From Myxococcota bacterium (GTDB taxonomy: Bacteria > Myxococcota_A > Polyangia > Polyangiales > Houyiibacteriaceae), in contig JBCCEA010000007.1 in the NCBI GenBank assembly GCA_039030515.1, positions 32,001 through 96,000 of the forward strand: DNA of 64,000 nt. The letters are read 5' to 3'. The notes beneath the pieces are model-generated. The model searched no databases, was not told the DNA's origin, and saw only the letters and a program-made list of their open reading frames with translations. Made by a program: the position numbers and the translations under genes. How positions within the stretch are numbered: position 1 is the stretch's first letter; the number at the start of each line of letters is the position of its first letter. Of this stretch, positions 59,418 through 64,000 are shown piece by piece.

Positions 59418-60675
59418 GGAAGTCTATCGGACCGTTCGGGTTCTGGCAGAACGCGCAAGGCCGGCTGCTCGAACATTGGGTCATGTCGATACCGCAAAGA
59501 AAAATGCCCTGCTGCGAGCCGTGGCCGAAGCGCTCCGAGGTGAGGCTCAGGACGAAGTGCTCTCGGCCAACGCTGTCGACGTGGAGGCGGCTCGCGGCAG
59601 CGGTCTTACCTCGGCGATGATCGAGCGACTTGTGCTCGACCGCACACGACTGCTGCAGGTGGCGGATGGGTTGGATGACCTTGCGAAACTACCCGATCCG
59701 GTCGGGGAAATCGTGCAGATGCGTATGCTCGAAAGCGGCCTTCAGGCGGGTCGAATGCGGGTCCCCTTGGGGGTGATCGCCATGATTTACGAATCAAGAC
59801 CCAACGTCACCGCCGATGCGGCTGCCCTGTGCCTCAAAAGCGGCAACGCGGTGATCCTGCGCGGTGGGAGCGAGGCTTTTCGCAGCAATCAAGCGATCGC
59901 AGGGGTTTTTCGCCGGGCGCTCGATGTCGCGGGCATGCCCACGCACGCGGTTCAGCTTGTGCCGACAACGCAGCGTGAGGCTACAAAGGCCTTGATCGGC
60001 TTGACCGGTCTCATCGATCTGGTGATCCCGCGGGGTGGCGAGCCTTTAATCCGTTTCGTCACTGAACATGCCACCGTACCCGTCATTCAGCACTTCAAGG
60101 GCGTGTGCCATCTGTACGTCGATGGAGACGCCGACTTCGATATGGCTGAGAAAATCGCACTCAACGCGAAATGTCAGCGTCCTGGAGTATGCAATGCGAT
60201 GGAGACGCTGCTGATCGACCGAGCGTGCGCCGCATCCTTTTTACCTCAAATCCTCTCAAGGCTCGCGGAGCACAAGGTGGAGGTTCGAGGCGACTCGGGA
60301 GTCTGCGCTCTTGCTCCGGAGACGCAACAGGCATCCGAAAAAGATTGGGATACCGAGTACCTCGACCTCACCCTTTCGATTTCCATCGTGGAGGGAATCG
60401 ATGGAGCGCTCTCCCATATCGACAAGCATGGATCGCATCACACCGAAGCGATCGTGACCTCGAGCTATGCCAAGGCTCGCAGGTTTGTTCGAGAGGTAGA
60501 CGCAAGCTGCGTGTTTGTGAACGCATCCACTCGATTCAACGACGGATCTCAGTTAGGTCTTGGCGCTGAAATCGGCATCAGTACCTCAAAGATGCACGCC
60601 TACGGGCCCATGGGTCTGTCGGAACTGTGCACCCTGAAGTGGATCGGGTACGGTGAGGGACACATACGCAATTAG
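59410..60675 (+). CDS. proA: gamma-glutamyl phosphate reductase
   Basis: RVPLGVI..IYESRPNVT, VIPRGG, CNAMET, NASTRFNDG..GAEIGIST..HAYGP. Confidence 0.96.
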   Translation: MDEEVYRTVRVLAERARPAARTLGHVDTAKKNALLRAVAEALRGEAQDEVLSANAVDVEAARGSGLTSAMIERLVLDRTRLLQVADGLDDLAKLPDPVGEIVQMRMLESGLQAGRMRVPLGVIAMIYESRPNVTADAAALCLKSGNAVILRGGSEAFRSNQAIAGVFRRALDVAGMPTHAVQLVPTTQREATKALIGLTGLIDLVIPRGGEPLIRFVTEHATVPVIQHFKGVCHLYVDGDADFDMAEKIALNAKCQRPGVCNAMETLLIDRACAASFLPQILSRLAEHKVEVRGDSGVCALAPETQQASEKDWDTEYLDLTLSISIVEGIDGALSHIDKHGSHHTEAIVTSSYAKARRFVREVDASCVFVNASTRFNDGSQLGLGAEIGISTSKMHAYGPMGLSELCTLKWIGYGEGHIRN

Positions 60676-61102
60676 GAGGAATCGTTTGGGAGCAAAGACC
60701 GGTCACGCGCAGGTTCAGTCAATCGAAGGTGAGACAAGCGAACTCGGACGGCAGCTGGCCCTCGCGATCGTCTCAGCGGGTTTGGAAAAAAAAGCCCTAC
60801 AGACCGAGGTCATCGACGTTCGCGGCAAGATCGACTACGCGGACTACGTTGTCGTTATGAGTGGACGCAGCGAGAGGCAGGTCTCTTCGATCGCAAAGGA
60901 GATCCAAAGGCGTGTTCGTACTGAGCTGGGTCAAAGATGCGTCGGGATAGAGGGTTTGCCTCGTGGTGAGTGGGTGCTGATGGATTTCTCTGACGTGATC
61001 GTGCACGTCTTTCACGAGGACACGCGCGGATACTACGATCTCGAGTCTCTTTGGATCGATGCGGCGCGTATTGCCCCTGTTGAGATGGAGACCGTGTGTT
61101 GA
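60653..61102 (+). CDS. rsfS: ribosome silencing factor (start uncertain)
   Basis: EKKA..IDV..ADY, EG...WVLMDFSDVIVHVF..RGYYDLESLW. Confidence 0.92.
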   Translation: MRDTYAIRRNRLGAKTGHAQVQSIEGETSELGRQLALAIVSAGLEKKALQTEVIDVRGKIDYADYVVVMSGRSERQVSSIAKEIQRRVRTELGQRCVGIEGLPRGEWVLMDFSDVIVHVFHEDTRGYYDLESLWIDAARIAPVEMETVC

Positions 61103-61179
61103 GCCCGAGCCGCACTATGAGCACGCGCGCTGTCCGCCGCTTGGTCGAACGAGCGCCCCAATAAAGCGGAGACGAATCC

Positions 61180-61620
61180 GTGCAGGTCCGTATCGTCGCG
61201 GTAGGCAAGATTCGCAAAGGTGGTTTGCGTGAAGTGCTCGACGACTACTTCAGTCGCATCAAACGTTATGTGCGTTTCGAAGAGATCGAGCTCCGCGATG
61301 ATCGGCCCAGCGTGCTTCTCGAGCGACTTAAACGGGAGTTCGACCCGCGCACCCGGGTGGTCGCGATGGAAGTCCAGGGTCGAACCATGACCAGCGGAGA
61401 CCTTGCGGACTACCTCGGCGGTGGAGAGCACGCCGGTGTTCAACGTCTGACCTGCCTTATCGGCGGTGCGTACGGCTTGCCGTCCGTGCTTTCTGAGCAG
61501 GCCGATCTCCAGCTCTCACTGTCTCGGATGACCTTGCCGCACCGCCTCGCGCGTCTCGTGCTGGCAGAGCAGCTCTACCGCGCCTACACGATCCTCCGTT
61601 GCGAGCCCTACGCGCACTGA
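61180..61620 (+). CDS. rlmH: 23S rRNA pseudouridine-1915 N3-methyltransferase
   Basis: IVAVGK, IGGAYG, SLSRMTLPHRLARLVLAEQLYRA..PY. Confidence 0.95.
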   Translation: MQVRIVAVGKIRKGGLREVLDDYFSRIKRYVRFEEIELRDDRPSVLLERLKREFDPRTRVVAMEVQGRTMTSGDLADYLGGGEHAGVQRLTCLIGGAYGLPSVLSEQADLQLSLSRMTLPHRLARLVLAEQLYRAYTILRCEPYAH

Positions 61621-61711
61621 TCGACTTGGTAGGCAGTCTGACGCACCCGATGGTTCAGCTGAGGGTACCGTCGGCCGGCAAGCTTCGCGTGCCCCACAAG
61701 GCGCTCCGTGG

Positions 61712-62350
61712 TCAGGGCGTGCGGCACAATGCGATGCGGCATACCCTGAGGGCGCCGGCGGCATAGAGCGCTCGCTCCGCATCGTTTAAGGTGGCCCCCG
61801 TAGTGATGACGTCGTCGACCAGCAAGATCGAGGCTGAGGGTCGATGGCCGCGAAACAGACCACTTCGTGCTCGGCGATCCAAACCGCTGCCGCCGGCTTG
61901 TGGAGGCAGGTCGCACGTGCGTTTCAGGGCATGCCATTCGATGGGAACGGCAAGTCGTTTCGCGATAGGACGGGCGAGGAGGGCGCTCTGATTGTAGCCC
62001 CGTTTGCGTAGTTTTCGGGGGTGAAGCGGGATGGGAACGACTGCATCGATGGTGCCGCCGAAGCGATCGCATGCGAGTGTCGTCATCGCCCTTGCGAGCG
62101 GAACCGATAGGTCGCTCCTACCGCCATACTTAAACCTGCGAACTGCGTCGGCAGCGGGCCCCAGATAGCGAAAGACGGCGGGTCCCAACGTTTCTCTCTC
62201 TACGAGTGGTGCGCAGGCGTCACAAAACACGGAGCCGGATCGCTTGGGCTCGAATACGACCGAGTCGCAGGCCACGCATGTGGCCGGAGCGATCAAGGAG
62301 AGCATGCTTTCGAAGGCTTGTGTGCAGCCATTCAGGGTAAACTTGGTCAT
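61712..62350 (-). CDS. comF: ComF family phosphoribosyltransferase
   Basis: CVAC..CDAC zinc ribbon, VPIPLH..RGYNQS, LLVDDVITTGAT. Confidence 0.9.
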   Translation of the reverse strand: MTKFTLNGCTQAFESMLSLIAPATCVACDSVVFEPKRSGSVFCDACAPLVERETLGPAVFRYLGPAADAVRRFKYGGRSDLSVPLARAMTTLACDRFGGTIDAVVPIPLHPRKLRKRGYNQSALLARPIAKRLAVPIEWHALKRTCDLPPQAGGSGLDRRARSGLFRGHRPSASILLVDDVITTGATLNDAERALYAAGALRVCRIALCRTP

Positions 62351-62489
62351 ACTCGATACTTCGGATTCGACCGGGGTACGTATGCGATTCATCTGAGACT
62401 TAACGCACAGAGTCGCTCGTTTGCTTCCTCCTTGGCACTGCTGGAGTTCCCGTGGCACGCTCCGCCGCTCGGAGAAATCGATCCTTTTC

Positions 62490-62981
62490 ATGGGGAAGAA
62501 AAAGAATAAGGAGACACCCGGAGAAGTCCTCGTCTGCCGAAATCCGAAGGCGGTAAAAAGCTACGACTTTGAAGAACGATATGAGGCAGGGCTCGTCTTG
62601 TCGGGCTCAGAGGTCAAAAGCATGCGCGAGCGGAGGGCGGATCTGGAGGGCGCCTACGCCTCCGTGCACGGTGACGAGGTATTCCTGCACAAAATGCACG
62701 TGGCGCCCTATCTCCATGCCGGTGCCTTTGGTCACGAGCCTCGACGCACTCGAAAGCTGCTGCTGCATCGACATGAGATCGAGCGTATTCGCGGACGCCT
62801 GGTTCAAAAAGGGTATGCTCTGGTGCCGTTGCAAGTTTATTTCAAGAAGGGTTTTGCAAAGGTGCAGGTGGGCCTCGGCAAAGGACGCACGAAGGGGGAC
62901 CAGCGTCATGAGCTCCGCAAGCAGCTCGATTTGAAAGAGGCTCGCGCTGCGGTACGCAAGATTCACGAGCGCGATCAATAG
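62490..62981 (+). CDS. smpB: SsrA-binding protein
   Basis: NPKA..Y, EAGLVLSGSEVKSMR, RTRKLLLHRHEI, LVPL. Confidence 0.96.
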   Translation: MGKKKNKETPGEVLVCRNPKAVKSYDFEERYEAGLVLSGSEVKSMRERRADLEGAYASVHGDEVFLHKMHVAPYLHAGAFGHEPRRTRKLLLHRHEIERIRGRLVQKGYALVPLQVYFKKGFAKVQVGLGKGRTKGDQRHELRKQLDLKEARAAVRKIHERDQ

Positions 62982-63037
62982 GTCACGACCCTGCAGTCGC
63001 ATGCAGTTTGTGCCGTGATTCGCGTGCAGGGGCGACG

Positions 63038-63298
63038 ATGATTCAGGTTAGGGTAGGCGAATTGGCCGGAACGCTGGAGACGCTTGAGGGCGAGGTCGTT
63101 ACTTTGCGTCTCGACGGATCGGTAGCGCCTGGTGCTCCAAAGACCATGATCGCGCTGCTTGAGGACGGTGCGCTGGAGCTTCAGGGTAAGTGCGTGGGAG
63201 GTCGACGTCACGGAGAGGGAGTCTTCGTCGTTCAATTTCGGCTCACGAATCTTCGACGTCAGGTTCGAAAAACGCTCTCAGATGCTCTGAAGATCTAG
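63038..63298 (+). CDS. small PilZ-like beta-barrel hypothetical protein
   Basis: beta-strand pattern ending FVVQFRLTNLRR..R typical of PilZ C-termini; no RxxxR. Confidence 0.45.
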   Translation: MIQVRVGELAGTLETLEGEVVTLRLDGSVAPGAPKTMIALLEDGALELQGKCVGGRRHGEGVFVVQFRLTNLRRQVRKTLSDALKI

Positions 63299-63475
63299 TC
63301 AACCTCGCTTGCGGACACCGGCCGGCCTGCTGTGCGTCGCATGCGGCTCTCTACGGACCGGCTGCGGAGATGCCTCTGCCATCCTTATTTCTGGGGCGGA
63401 GTAAAGGGTTGTACTTCTAGGCTAATGTCTGCATATTTATAGGGACAGTAGAATGCTACTCCGGGGGGCGTGGTC

Positions 63476-63781
63476 ATGGCAGAGTCGGTAGTGTTTCGAC
63501 GGGTACTTGAAGAACTAAGTACGTTTGTCACCCGCCCAAAAGCTGAGGCGATCTTAAACGATTGTTTGGAAGAACACGGCATGATCGCCCGCAAGTTTGA
63601 CGGATACGACGTGCGCATGATTCTCCTGGAATCACTGCCTCGTCGTCTGGGAGTGCTCGTCGATTCGCAATCGATGCCCGCCGTGGTGCGGAGCCTAGAG
63701 TTCGCCTTAGTGGATATCCACAACCCAAAGCAGGCGCGTCGGCGACGGGCGAGTAAGAAATCCTTCCCCCGGGTTATCTGA
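63476..63781 (+). CDS. hypothetical protein
   Basis: about 101-aa helical ORF with purine-rich RBS-like ggggg upstream. Confidence 0.55.
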   Translation: MAESVVFRRVLEELSTFVTRPKAEAILNDCLEEHGMIARKFDGYDVRMILLESLPRRLGVLVDSQSMPAVVRSLEFALVDIHNPKQARRRRASKKSFPRVI

Positions 63782-64000
63782 ACTACCGAATCATTTCGCT
63801 GAACGCGCCGGAAGCGAAGGCGTACTTAAAGTACGTTGAGCTTTGAGCATGGGAGGCAAGCGGCTGTTTGGGCCGACTCAGCGACCACCCCCCAGCGGGT
63901 CTAGGTTGGTTCAAACAGCCAGCGCCCCCGACCAGCGCGTCTCGATGGGTTTGAACGCCCAGCGCCCCGCACGCGCAGACGTGAAGGAGTAGTTTTGCTA

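Noticed and set aside
62981..64000. tmRNA (ssrA) or 6S RNA after smpB
   Set aside because: No GGGG..tRNA-like ends or tag peptide recognised, and the 6S resemblance is too weak to call

Overview
GC-rich (roughly 60% by eye) bacterial chromosome segment, most likely Myxococcota (Polyangiales-like), judged from the MYXO-CTERM-like C-termini, myxobacterial Cys-rich repeats and many lipoproteins. Left to right it contains: ethylmalonyl-CoA pathway genes (mcd, ecm/meaA, meaB); a GH31 glycosidase lipoprotein; a chorismate mutase-prephenate dehydratase-ACT-DAHP synthase fusion; a degenerate cyclase/AAA/TPR protein; an epimerase and two TPR proteins; a vanadium-haloperoxidase-family lipoprotein followed directly by a chemosensory cluster (CheW with a CZB insert, MshEN-like protein, CheA, MCP, CheB, CheR, no CheY); a BNR protein, glycosyltransferase, sulfotransferase and a decaying membrane protein-sulfatase gene; MarR; a Fur-boxed imelysin/di-heme/imelysin/HTTM (gamma-carboxylase-like) operon; an acyltransferase; tRNA-Glu and tRNA-Lys; dnaE; a cell-surface cluster; and housekeeping genes (pilD, proBA, rsfS, rlmH, comF, smpB). 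The best candidate for an undescribed system is 46968-57288. There, two translationally coupled, C-terminally anchored surface proteins share one CxxCH-containing, temptin-like head domain. One carries it on 8 Asp/Cys-rich MopE-like repeats and the other on 23 tandem eukaryote-type calcium-binding EGF domains. A di-heme cytochrome lipoprotein lies divergently. All family calls come from motif recognition by eye; no database searches were run.
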